From: Octopus sinensis
Taxonomy: Eukaryota
Assembly (NCBI RefSeq): GCF_006345805.1
Contig: NC_043022.1
Span: 6,696,001-6,760,000 of the forward strand
Direction: 5' to 3'
DNA: 64,000 nt
This document shows, one piece after another, positions 25,143 through 36,665 of this stretch. Numbering within the stretch: the stretch's first letter is position 1; the number at the start of each line of letters is the position of its first letter. Both the position numbers and the translations under genes were made by a program. A model generated the notes under the pieces. It saw only the letters and a program-made list of their open reading frames with translations. It was not told the origin of the DNA and did no database searches.

Positions 25143-25926
25143 GGCGAGCTGGCAGAATCGTTAGCATGCCGGGCGAAATGCTTTGCGGTATTTCGTCTGC
25201 CGTTACGTTGTGAGTTCAAATTCCGCCGAGGTTGACTTTGCCTTTCATCCTTTCGGGGTCGATAAATTAAGTACCAGTTACACACTGGGGTCAATATGAT
25301 CGACTTAATACCTATGTCTGTCCTTGTTTGTCCCCTCTGTGTTTAGCCCTTTGTGGGTAATAAAGAAATAGGTATTTCGTCTGTCTTTACGTTCTGAGTT
25401 CAAATTCCGCCGAGGTCGACTTTGCCTTTCATCCTTTCGGGGTCGATAAATTAAGTACCAGTTATGCACTGGGGTCGATGTAATTGACTTAATACCTATG
25501 TCTGTCCTTGTTTGTCCCCTTTGTGTTTAGCCCTTTGTGGGTAATAATGAAATAGGTATTTCGTCTGTCTTTACGTTCTGAGTTCAAATTCCGCCGAGGT
25601 CGACTTTGCCTTTCATCCTTTCGGGGTCGATAAATTAAGTACCAGTTATGCACTGGGGTCGATGTAATTGACTTAATACCTATGTCTGTTCTTGTTTGTC
25701 CCCTCTGTGTTTAGCCCTTTGTGGGTAATAAAGAAATAGGTATTTCGTCTGTCTTTACGTTCTGAGTTCAAATTCCGCCGAGGTCGACTTTGCCTTTCAT
25801 CCTTTCGGGGTCGATAAATTAAGTACCAGTTACGCACTGGGGTCGATGTAATCGACTTAATACCTATGTCTGTCCTTGTTTGTCCCCTCTGTGTTTAGCC
25901 CCTTGTGGGTAATAAAGAAATAGGTA
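25143..25926 (+). mobile_element. SINE family 2 head followed by four tandem 184-bp bodies
   Basis: Unit starts GGTATTTCGTCTG at 25187, 25371, 25555 and 25739. Confidence 0.92.
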
Positions 25927-26045
25927 CTCTTTGTCTATCTGTTTCTCCCCCTCTCTCTCTCTCTCTCTCTGTTTCTTTGTCTGTCTGTCTCTCTGTCTTT
26001 CTTCCTCAAAGTCAAATTCTTCTAATAAAAGCCATTTTCTTTCAG

Positions 26046-26183
26046 ATATGTGTTTAGATACCTATGATTTGTCTGACGAGACATTCCCCAACAGCTTGTA
26101 TTACATCACACCTGAAACAGATGCCGTACAGGCCCGACATGAAGCACTTTCTCAAAGACAGGTCCTCTCTATGGAATTGGGGA
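26046..26183 (+). CDS. AHCTF1: ELYS exon 5
   Basis: DMCLDTYDLSDETFP...RQVLSMELG; |gtaagt; phase 1 to 1. Confidence 0.92.
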
Positions 26184-26474
26184 GTAAGTTGGCTTTTTTC
26201 TATTTGGTTTCCTCCCCCAGCCCATTTTCACCTCTTTCACTCTCAAAACAAGAAATGCAACTAGCTTCTAAAAACCTGATCTTTTCTTCAACAATCATAT
26301 TTTTTACCCAGGTCCTTTTTTTTTTTGTAGTTTCATGCATCTCGTACACTCTCACTTAATATATGAACGTGTGTGTGTGTGTATGTATATATATATGTAT
26401 ATATATGTATATATATATGTATATATACATATACATGTATATATATGTGTATATACATATATATATGTATATAC

Positions 26475-27519
26475 ACTGATGTTTATAGTGGCCCTTTCAG
26501 ACATGCCTTCTGTTGCTACGATGACCACCCTTGCTAGCTATGCAGATGACACAAAAGTCTCCCACGCAATACAAAACCCTGAAAATATTGCGCATCTGCA
26601 ACAGGAGTTGGACACGATATACAGGTGGGCTGAGGACAACAACATGCAGTTTAATGCAGGTAAGTTCCAGGCCCTGCACTACTGGCACACAAAGGTAAAC
26701 GACGTGCAGACTGGATACACTGGCCCAGGAAGAATTGCAATCCCTGAGTAAAAATCAGTGCGTGACCTGGGCATTGACATGAGCAATGATGCATCTTTCC
26801 AAGTGCATATTGCTAATCTGGTGATAAAATGCAGACGGCTAGCTGGATGGATTCTCCGAACTTTCAGAACAAGAGAGAAGGAGACACTGATGGACCTATG
26901 GAAAACATTCGTCCTCAGCCGCTTGAACTACTGCTCCCAACTGTGGTCACCACACAATATAAAACTAACAGCAGAACTCGAAGCAATTCAGAGAAGCTAC
27001 ACAAAGAAAATCGTCTCAATGCAAAATATCAACTACTGGGAAAGACTGAAGGTATTAAACCTCTTCTCCCTACAGCGGATGCGAGAGAGATATGCGGTGA
27101 TATACATCTGGAAAATCCTGGAGGGTCTTGTCCCAAACTTTGGCATTCAAAGTTACCCCAACCGCAGAACGGGGCGCCACTGCATGGTGCCAAGGATTCC
27201 AACATCACCATCAAAATACAGGTCCAGATACTGCAACAGCTTGGGTTTCAGAGGACCACAACTCTTTAGCATCCTCCCTAAATGCCTGAGAGACTTACAT
27301 GGTGTGGATGTGGGTTTCTTTAAAACTAAACTGGATCTCTTCTTGTCGGGAGTCCCAGATGAACCTACCTCACGACAGGAGACGTGGATTCGGGCAGCAG
27401 CATCGAACTCCCTTGTTGATCAAGTGCCACGTATCAGAGGTGGATTCACAAATTAGTGTAGCTCATTCAGCGGTGGTGCCCCAGCATGGCCGTAGCCTTC
27501 GGGCTAAAACATTTTTAAG
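26475..27519 (+). mobile_element. 5'-truncated CR1/L2-type LINE (RT C-terminus plus 3' UTR)
   Basis: YADDTK, DLGIDMSND, SRLNYCSQLWSP, FKTKLDLFLSGVPDEP; one in-frame stop near 26749; 3' stem-loop. Confidence 0.92.
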
Positions 27520-28091
27520 GATATATATATGTGTGTGTATATATATATGTATATATATATATATATGTATAAATTATATATAAAGAAATACACAAAGGGA
27601 CGAACACAGAAAACAGACGGGTCATTCGAAGCCTTTAATCTACAGTCAGAAACCGGATCATCATAGCAAATTTCGGCTGATTAATTCTGATATTTGCTCC
27701 AACGCGGCCAGCCCCAAGGAAAAACTAAGCTGTGAGCATTAGATTTCTTGGAAAAAGGAACAAATGTAAACGCAACAAGGACAGAAAAATGGACGAAGCC
27801 ACACGAATATAAATACAAAAAACGAACACAAAAATAAAAATAAAAATGGTAATAACAGCAGGTGTCTTACGACTTTAGACAAATTGAGACAAATATAACT
27901 TATCTACCAGGCGTGTTTGGAAAAAATTGCCTTTTCTGCAGACGGGGAACGATGTTGAGTGGGCTGCGGTCACCAACGAAATGGCTTGTTAAGCAGCAGG
28001 TCACAAGAGGGTAGAGAAAGAGAAAGAAGGAATTAAAGAGGGTGGAAGACAGAGGGCGCCAAGGATATATCTATGTGTATATATATATATG

Positions 28092-28128
<37 letters not shown>

Positions 28129-28202
28129 CGTTTCATAAGATTAATTAATTTATATTATTTTAAATATATATCAAAATTATTAAAAAAAGATAATTAGTAT
28201 AA

Positions 28203-28265
28203 CACTACGATCGTTTCATGGCTGTCCAATTCGTAAAAATTCGAGTTACAGTCATTCTTCAGGTG
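28203..28265 (-). ncRNA. minimal type I hammerhead ribozyme motif (Penelope-type)
   Basis: Minus strand: CAC-CTGAAGA-ATGaCTGT...ACAGcCAT-GAAA-C(gatc)G-TA-GTG, with palindromic ACGATCGT helix III. Confidence 0.7.
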
Positions 28266-28781
28266 ATTGAAATATCTAAAATATAATCAGAAATATTTAA
28301 ACAATATTTTTAAGATATAAATAATATATATAATATAATAATTTTACTTATAATAAACTCTATTATCAAACTAGGACATAGAACTTAACAATTATGATTA
28401 TATCCAAATCGACTGTATATATATGTATATATATATATATATATATGTATGTATATGTATATATAGTCACCTTTGTATGTGCAATGTCAGTGTGCATGTA
28501 TAATAGTGTAAGCATCTTGAGAGAAAAGGTGGACATTTTGATGCCCTTCCCGACATCAACCACTTTACAGTGGACTGGGGGATTTGTATGTGGCACCAAC
28601 ACCAGCAGGGTCACCGAGTAACTTGCAAGACAAAACCCCTTTAGCTGGGGGTGGGGCATAGTATTGAGGTGGAACTTGGTGCCAGTTGATGAAAATTCCA
28701 TTCCAGTCATTTGTAGATTAATTGTAATTTTTTCTGTTTTCTTTTCTTTTGATATATTTCCTTCATTTTCTTGTCTTTCAG

Positions 28782-28856
28782 CTGAGGCTTTTAGTGATGA
28801 TGACCTGTTTAATTACCAAGGGAATGATGAAAACGTTGTCAAGCAATTCAATACAG
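28782..28856 (+). CDS. AHCTF1: ELYS exon 6 (75 nt, symmetric, possibly a cassette exon)
   Basis: Long pyrimidine tract plus cag|; TEAFSDDDLFNYQGNDENVVKQFNT; CAG|gtgggt; phase 1 to 1. No homology recognised. Confidence 0.62.
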
Positions 28857-29616
28857 GTGGGTTGGGGTTGTGCTTGTTTCTTCTCCTTTGTCCTTCTTCC
28901 TTATTGCTTTCTTTTGTCTTCTTCCAGTTCCTCTTCCTTCTCCTCATGTTCTTTCCTCTCTCTCTTCCTGCTTCTCCCCCTTCCATATCTTATTTCCTCG
29001 TCTCTTAAAAGTCTTTGGCACCTGTGTCGGTGGCACGTAAAAAAACACCATCCGAGCGTGGCCGTTCGCCAGCCTTGTCTGGCACCTGTGTCGGTGGCAC
29101 ATAAAATCACCCACTACACTCTCGGAGTGGTTGGCGTTAGGAAGGGCATCCAGCTGTCGAAACACTACCAGATCTGACTGGCCTGGTGCAGCCTTCGGGC
29201 TCCCCAGACCCCAGTTGAACCGTCCAACCCATGCTAGCATGGAAAGCGGACGTTAAACGATGATGATGATGATGATCTCACTCCCACACCGATATTTTCA
29301 TGGTGATGATGGTGGTTGTCTAGCCCTTAAATATTTAAACTGGCCTCATCCATCCCAAATATTCTACTTGTTTTTATGTTCAAACCAGACAGATCCTGCC
29401 TCTCACACCTACCCTACAATGTTTTTGCAAAAGTAAAACAGTCACTTCACCGAACTCTGAAAGCTACAAGATAATCCATGATTAATTGAAAACAATGCAA
29501 AGAAATAAGCAATACATTTGACAGAGTGATCTGAATGCCAAAGGGTTAAACAGGCCATATCCAGTTCTGACCTCTCACACCCACCCTACAATGTCATTCT
29601 AAAAATAAACAATATA

Positions 29617-29779
29617 GGCGCAGGAGTGGCTGTGTGGTAAGTAGCTTGTCTACCAACCACATGGTTCCGGGTTCAGTCCCACTGCGTGGCACCTTGGGCA
29701 AGTGTCTTCTACTATAGCCTCGGGCCGACCAAAGCCTTGTGAGTGGATTTGGTAGACGGAAACTGAAAGAAGCCTGTCG

Positions 29780-29810
<31 letters not shown>

Positions 29811-30030
29811 TTGTGTGTCTGTGTTTGTCCCCCTAGCATTGCTTGACAACCGATGCTGGTGTGTTTATGTCCCCGTCACTTAGCGGTTCGGCAAAAGAGA
29901 ACGATAGAATAAGTACTGGGCTTCCAAAAAAAAGAATAAGTCCCTGGGTAGAGTTGCTCGATTAAAGGCGGTGCTCCAGCATGGCCGCAGTCAAATGACT
30001 GAAACGAGTAAAAGAGTAAAAGAGAGTAAA
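29617..30030 (+). mobile_element. SINE family 1, full length
   Basis: Same consensus. Confidence 0.9.
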
Positions 30031-30279
30031 TCACATCATTGAAATCTCAATGCTATGACATATGCCGGATTAGAGTAATCTGGATGTGAAAGGATTAACC
30101 CCATTCCTGATCCTGCATAGCCTTCATCAGACATTCCAGTTGTAACCTATTTTTTCAAACTATTTGAGATATAAAATGTAATTTGTAAAAGCTCTGGTTG
30201 CTATTTCCAGCATGTTGTATAACCACATATTGGCTTGTTATCATTTGATTATGATGATGATGATGTTTCTTTATTTCAG

Positions 30280-30388
30280 ATGATATATGTGTAACTTGTC
30301 TCAAATATATGTCACGCAATGGCCTCTTGGCAGTTGGTTTTAGTTTTGGATGTTTCCAGTTGTGGCGGCTTGCAGTGCCATTCTTGGA
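30280..30388 (+). CDS. AHCTF1: ELYS exon 7
   Basis: DDICVTCLKYMSRNGLLAVGFSFGCFQLWRLAVPFL; |gtaagt; phase 1 to 2. Confidence 0.92.
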
Positions 30389-30461
30389 GTAAGTATCTTT
30401 CTGGAATGCTCTCTCTATCCCTCTCTCTCTCTTCCTCTTTCCCTACCACTTCATGTCCATA

Positions 30462-30972
30462 TCTATATATATAAAACTGTAGTTGTGTGAGTGTCTGTCC
30501 CCTTCGATTTAGATTCCTAACTACTCCCACATTTTGCGGTGCAGTTTAACCAAATTCGGGTATCTTATAGTTGTGATTCATATCGAGCCCATCTGGGTAT
30601 TAGCGCACGTCTACGATGAGTCTACGATTTTAAAAATAATTTAACATCATTTTTTATTCCATTTTAATGCATAATTTTTCGTGTCGATGGTGGCGGAGTT
30701 GGCGTCCATGGTCACACCTGCACCTGTTTGCTTCTCTCCCTTCTTCCCTCCCTCGTGAAGCTGTGGGGAAGGGAGTGTAAGGAAATCAACGTCGTAAAGC
30801 GTTGTCAAGGAGACCAGCGTTCTTTTAGAACAACGACTTCATGGCTTGAAGACACCAAAACAGAAATGGCTAAGAAAGCCCGAATTGGCATCTATAAGGG
30901 AAGTAACTCTCTAAAAATGCTTATATAGTTATTTCCCTTACAAACCCGAGCAATGCCGGGCGATACTGCTAG
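30462..30972 (+). mobile_element. non-autonomous Helitron-type element
   Basis: A|TCTATATATATAAAAC ... CCCGAGCAATGCCGGG hairpin, 8 nt, CTAG|T; no TSD. Confidence 0.8.
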
Positions 30973-32561
30973 TTAGTGTTAAAGGACAAAAACTTCATCC
31001 CAAGTCATGGACTCATAAGGCCAGTGGTGTATACATTCTCCTCCATAGATGGGACCCCACTTTGTTGCAGAGTTACCTTTGCGAGCAAGCGGACTGGAGC
31101 AGCATGAAATGAAGTATTTTGCTCAAGAACACATCTCATAAAACCCAATCCAGGAATCAAAATCACAATCTTACGATCATGAGTCCAACACCCTAACCAC
31201 TGAGCCATGTCTCTGTCTCTCTCTCTCTCTGGTCAGGTAGCCACGTACCTCCTCTGTAGCAAGACACCTGTTTCTGCCTCGGTCTCTGTCACACTCTCAC
31301 CTTTCAGCATCTGACACGAGATCATCTCCTCCAATTCCTTGTCTTGTAAGTTACTTGGTGAACCTGCTGGTGTCACATAAAACGCATCCAGTCCACACTG
31401 TGAAGTGGTTGGCATTTGGAAGGGCATCCAATTGTAAAAACCATGCCAAAACTGACCTCGCCTGTGCTGGTGCCTCATAAAAAGGCACTTTGCCAAGTGG
31501 TTGGTTTTAGGAAGGGCATCCAGCCATAAAAACCGTAGCAAAACACACAGTAGCCTGTGGTAATCTTCTATCTAGCCAGCTCCTGTCAAACCGTCCTACC
31601 CATGGAAGACAGCTGTTAAATGGTTATGATGATGTTTCAATATTGTAAATTTATATCTTCTCAGAGCAAATATATTTACTTCTGGAAGTGTTTGTGTTTC
31701 TTCTGAATTAACATTTGAAGTTGAAACTGATGTTTCTAAACCAAAGAGGATAGAACCAATTCTATGAGGAACAAAAGAGGTTGAGGCCGTTCTTTAAAAT
31801 TCTGTAAATTTTATTTGAATCTCCATGTATGTAGATGTGTGTGTGTGTGGACTGGGATTTGTGGCGATTTGCTCTACATGGTGAAACATGTCAAGCCAAG
31901 TGAAATTGTTGTCATCCATACAGGCTTGTCCTTTACAAGTGCCGGTGCCACATGTGTCAGTGCTGCATGATTGCACCTGTGCCAGTGACATGTAAAAGGC
32001 ACCCAGCACACTCTGGGTGTGGTTGGTGTTAGGAAGAGCATCCAACCATAGAAAGCATGCCACAACAGACTATTTGGAGTCTGGACAGTCAAGCCATCCA
32101 ACCCATGCCATCATGGAAAGTGGACGTTAACCAATGACGATAATGATATGAACAGAGTGCATAGGTGTATTAGATACAAGCCCAACTTCAGCAATATATT
32201 TTCAGATAAAAAAGAAAGTTCATAGAACATTCAAGCTTGTAATACATGTTCAACTTCTCATATAGGACCTCGGATGATTTTTGAAATGGTTTTTATTTTT
32301 TTTTTGTATTATTTGTTATTCTATTAAATATGGCATATATAATTTCTCTGACTATCCTGGAAACATCTGATGGCACCCAGACTGCATGGAACCCATCAAA
32401 TTTGAGATTGCATTGTTAAACTAATATGGACTCTCATGTAGGCATTACCCTCTGCCCTGCTTTCATTAAATTTTAAAGCTGTAAATGTTTAAAATTTGCA
32501 TTAAATTACTTTCCTAAATGATTTCCTCTACAGATCTGTTCCCAATCCTTTCCATTTTCAG

Positions 32562-32690
32562 ATACAGTAGCCACGTAGATGACTCTGGAGATGCACCCAT
32601 AACACATATTACTTACCAAGAGCCGGAAAACGATCCAAAGTTTTTCACTTACATTTGGGTCGCCCGTGGACTCCAAGCTTTCGCTTCTGA
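32562..32690 (+). CDS. AHCTF1: ELYS exon 8
   Basis: EYSSHVDDSGDAPITHITYQEPENDPKFFTYIWVARGLQAFAS; |gtgagt; phase 2 to 2. Confidence 0.95.
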
Positions 32691-33716
32691 GTGAGTAATA
32701 CTAGTTTTATTAATTGACTTTGCCTTTCATCCTTTCGGGGTCAATAAAATAAGTAGCAGTTAAGCATTGGGGTCAGTGTAATTGACTAGCCCCCTCCTCC
32801 AAATTTCAGTGCCCATAGTAGAAAGGATTATTATTATATGTGATCAATGCCAGGCCTGTCTGACTGGCTCCTGTGCCAGTGGCACGTAAAAAGCACCCAA
32901 CACACTGTGTTTGGCATTAGGAAGGGCATCCAGCTGTAGATCAGACTGGTGCCTGGTGCATTCACAAAGACAGTCACAAACACCCACACAAGCAATTTAC
33001 ATTGTTTGGATCAATACAGATATGAGCATGAGACTTATTAAACCAGCTTATGGCCTAACTGAGAAATCTGAATTTGGGCAATGGTGGTTTGCAGGAACAT
33101 TGGTGTATACGTGTGTGCAAGCAGGGTTGTGTGTAAAGGAGTCTAGGACTTTTACCTTCATGAACAATTACCCCTGGGGGACAACAGATGAGGATATGAA
33201 ACTTCTTAGTATATCAGAGAGAGGGTAATTAACCAAGTGGGGGTAGTTGTCCTGATACGGGGTTAAGAAGCTTGCTTTGCAGTTAAATGGTCCAGTGTCA
33301 CTGTATGGCACCTTGGGCAAGTGTCTTCTGCTATAACACCAAGCCAACCAAAGCCTTTAAATAGATTTGGTAGATGGAAACTGAACGAAGCCTGTCGTGT
33401 CTTTGTGATGGTGCTTCACCACTATTTGACGACTGGTCTTGGTGTGTTTACATCCCTGTAACTTAGCAGTTTGGCAAGAGAGAGCGATAGGATAAGTAGC
33501 ACACTTAAAAACATTGGGATCAAGGCAGTGCCCCAGCATGGTCGCAGTCTGATGACTGGAACAAGTAAAAGATAAAAGACACAGTAATTCATATATTATA
33601 ATAGTATTGTATATATAGTGTGTGTATGTATATATTATGTATGTATGTGTGTGTGTATATATATATATGTATGTATGTAAGAACTTACTGTGGACAAAAA
33701 TAAAAAAAAAAAATAC

Positions 33717-34116
33717 ACAGTGGCTGTGTGGTAAGTAGCTTGCTAACCAACCACATGGTTCCGGGTTCAATCCCACTGCGTGGCACCTTGGGCAAGAGTC
33801 TTCTGCTATAGCCCCGGGCCGACCAATGCCTTGTGAGTGGATTTGGTAGACATAAACTGAAAGAAGCCTGTCGTATATATGTATATATATGTATATGTAT
33901 GTGTGTTTGTGTGTCTGTGTTTGTCCCCCTAGCATTGCTTGACAACCGATGCTAGTGTGTTTACGTCCCCGTTACTTAGCGGTTTGGCAAAAGAGACTGT
34001 TAGAATAAGTACTGGGCTTACAAAGAATAAGTCCCGGGGTCGATTTTCTTGACTAAAGGCGGTGCTCCAGCATGGCCGCAGTCAAATGACTGAAACAAGT
34101 AAAAGAGTAAAAGAGA
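33717..34116 (+). mobile_element. SINE family 1 with a very long flanking duplication
   Basis: Same consensus; see finding. Confidence 0.9.
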
Positions 34117-34547
34117 GTATGTGTGTGTGTGTGTATATATATATATATGTATGTATGTAAGAACTTACTGTGGACAAAAATAAATTTTAAAAAATACTCG
34201 TACTCGATTCAGTTATTTTGACTGCAGCCATGCTGGAGCACCGGCTTTAGTCGAACAGATTGACCCCAGGACTTATTCTTTCTAAACCTAGTACATATTC
34301 TATCGGTCTCTTTTGTTGAACTATTAAGTTATGGGGGATGTAAACACACCAACATCAGTTGTTAAGCGATGGTAGGGGGATAAACATGCACACACACACA
34401 CACACCACACACACACACACACATAATGCAAATGAGAAAAGGGAGAGAATATACAATCGTTAAACATCAGCCAGTAAATATTCAATTATATCTATTTATC
34501 AACTAATTACAAACATGTTTGTAATCATTTGATAAATAGATAGCCAG

Positions 34548-34619
34548 TCCTTGGTAGTATAGTGGTAAGTATCCCCGCCTGTCACGCGGGAGACCGGGGT
34601 TCTATTCCCCGCCGGGGAG
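34548..34619 (+). tRNA. tRNA-Asp(GTC): tRNA-Asp(GTC) copy, probably a retroposed pseudogene
   Basis: 72-nt cloverleaf. Acceptor stem TCCTTGG/CCGGGGA plus discriminator G73; anticodon arm CCCGC-CTGTCAC-GCGGG (GTC at 34581-34583); T-loop TTCTATT has T instead of the conserved purine at position 57. Confidence 0.92.
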
Positions 34620-34632
34620 GCTCATACTTTAT

Positions 34633-35037
34633 GGCGCAGGAGTGGCTGTGTGGTAAGTAGCTTGTTTACCAACCACATGGTTCCGGGTTCAGTCCCACTG
34701 CGTGGCATCTTGGGCAAGTGTCTTCTGCTATAGCCTCGGGCCGACCAATGCCTTGTGAGTGGATTTGGTAGACGGAAACTGAAAGAAGCCTGTCGTATAT
34801 ATGTATATAAATATATATATGTATGTGTGTGCGTTTGTGTGTCTGTGTTTGTCCCCCTAGCATTGCTTGACAACCGATGCTGGTGTGTTTACGTCCCCGT
34901 TACTTAGCGGTTCGGCAAAAGAGACCGATGGAATAAGTACTGGGCTTACAAAAAGAATAAGTCCCGGGGTTGAGTTGCTCGATTAAAGGCGGTGCTCCAG
35001 CATGGCCGCAGTCAAATGACTGAAACAAGTAAAAGAG
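34633..35037 (+). mobile_element. SINE family 1, full length, fused behind pre-tRNA-Asp
   Basis: Same consensus; see finding. Confidence 0.92.
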
Positions 35038-35351
35038 TAAATAGATATAATTGAATATTTACTGGCTGATGTTTACTGATTGTATATTCTCTCCATTTTC
35101 TTATTTGCGTTATAAATCCTGGGTAAATTTCTAATTTACCCCCACCCATATCTAATTGCGATATTGCTATGCAATAGGAAGCACTTGGTTATAAATACTT
35201 GGGTACACATCAAGTAGTACATAGGATATTTAATAGCTCTTGGATGGTTTCTTAACCTCTAACTCATACAGAAATATACATAGTTCAAATTTACAGAAAA
35301 CAAACCACGAAGACAGGTGAGGGAACAACAAAGCAGGTATATTAGTTTGAC

Positions 35352-35777
35352 ATTTCATTTCATTTCATTTGAGTTTGAGTCCATGCTCAGGCCAAGTCGA
35401 AGACTCCACCCTCAGAGTCTGGTGTGGTTGCCAGGTTGTATTCTCTGTTTAATTTTGACATGTGTAGGAGCGAGTTTGAGTCAGTTTGTGCTCGTTGTGT
35501 ATATCCTGGGAGATGGGGTTCATCTCTAATGGTGCTTAAGTATCTATCCAGTTGCAATTTGAATGATTCCACACTGCATCCTGATAGATTTCTGACATGT
35601 ACCGGAATGGAGTTGAATAGTTGTGCTCCTTGAACCAACAGACTTGACTCTCGCAGGGTTTTTGCTGCCTGGCCAGCCTTTTTGTTGATTGGTGGTAGCT
35701 GGCAGCGTCTTCCGTGGCGCAGTGAGTGGTAGGTTTTGATACCAAAGTTTGGCACCTTTTGCTCTATCATTTTCCAA
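35352..35777 (-). mobile_element. CR1/L2-type LINE 3' fragment with (TGAAA)n tail
   Basis: QGAQLFNSIP...FKLQLDRYLSTIRDEP...DSNSL; near-identical shorter copy at 48456-48717. Confidence 0.9.
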
Positions 35778-35917
35778 TCAGGAAGGATGGGAAAGTCTTT
35801 GATGTTTTAAGCCTACACTCTTTGATCGGAGGCATATACAGTAATCCCTCGACTATCGTGGGTGTTTACGTTCCAAAACACCCCACGATAGGTGAAAATC
35901 CACAAATTAGGAACAGA

Positions 35918-36104
35918 ACTCTTTTACTTGTTTCAGTCATTTGACTGCGGCCATGCTGGAGCACTGCCTTTAGTCGAAGAAATCGATCCAGGACTTATTC
36001 TTTGTAAGCCTAGTACTTATTCTATCGGTCTCTTTTGCCGAACCGCTAAGTTACAGTGACACAAACACACCAGCATCGGTTGTCAAGTGATGTTGGGGGG
36101 GCAA

Positions 36105-36135
<31 letters not shown>

Positions 36136-36298
36136 CGACGGGCTTCTTTCAGTTTCCGTCTACCAAATCCACTCACAAGGCTTTGGTCAGCCCAAGGCTA
36201 TAGTAGAAGACATTTGCCCAAGGTGCCACGCAGTAGGACTGAACCCGAAACCATGTGGTTAGTAAACAAGCTACTTACCACACAGCCACTCCTGCACC
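35918..36298 (-). mobile_element. SINE family 1
   Basis: Same consensus, minus strand. Confidence 0.88.
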
Positions 36299-36665
36299 TA
36301 TATTTTTAAAAATTATTTTTATAATTTGTATATATTTTGTTATAAATGCAAAATGACAACACACAGGAATCGACGTAAGCTTAAATAATAAACTGCAATA
36401 TGGCAAGAGATTACAGCATATCAATGATATATATATATAATAATAAATATTAGGGAATAAATCCAAATTTACAGGGAAAAAATCAGATTTAGGATTAAAT
36501 CCAATTTTATAGTAAAATATTATATAATATTAATTCGAGACAAAACCACTATTTTGCAAAACAAACAAGGAAAGACTTAATCAATACATAAAAATTTTTA
36601 ATATAAAGAAATAAACCGCCACTACAATTGTTTCATAAATTAAAACAGATTAGGAGATCGAAAAT

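Noticed and set aside
33357-33935. Recurrent MLGGQTQTH.../MSSNARG... ORFs
   Set aside because: Antisense reading of SINE family 1, repeated at every copy.
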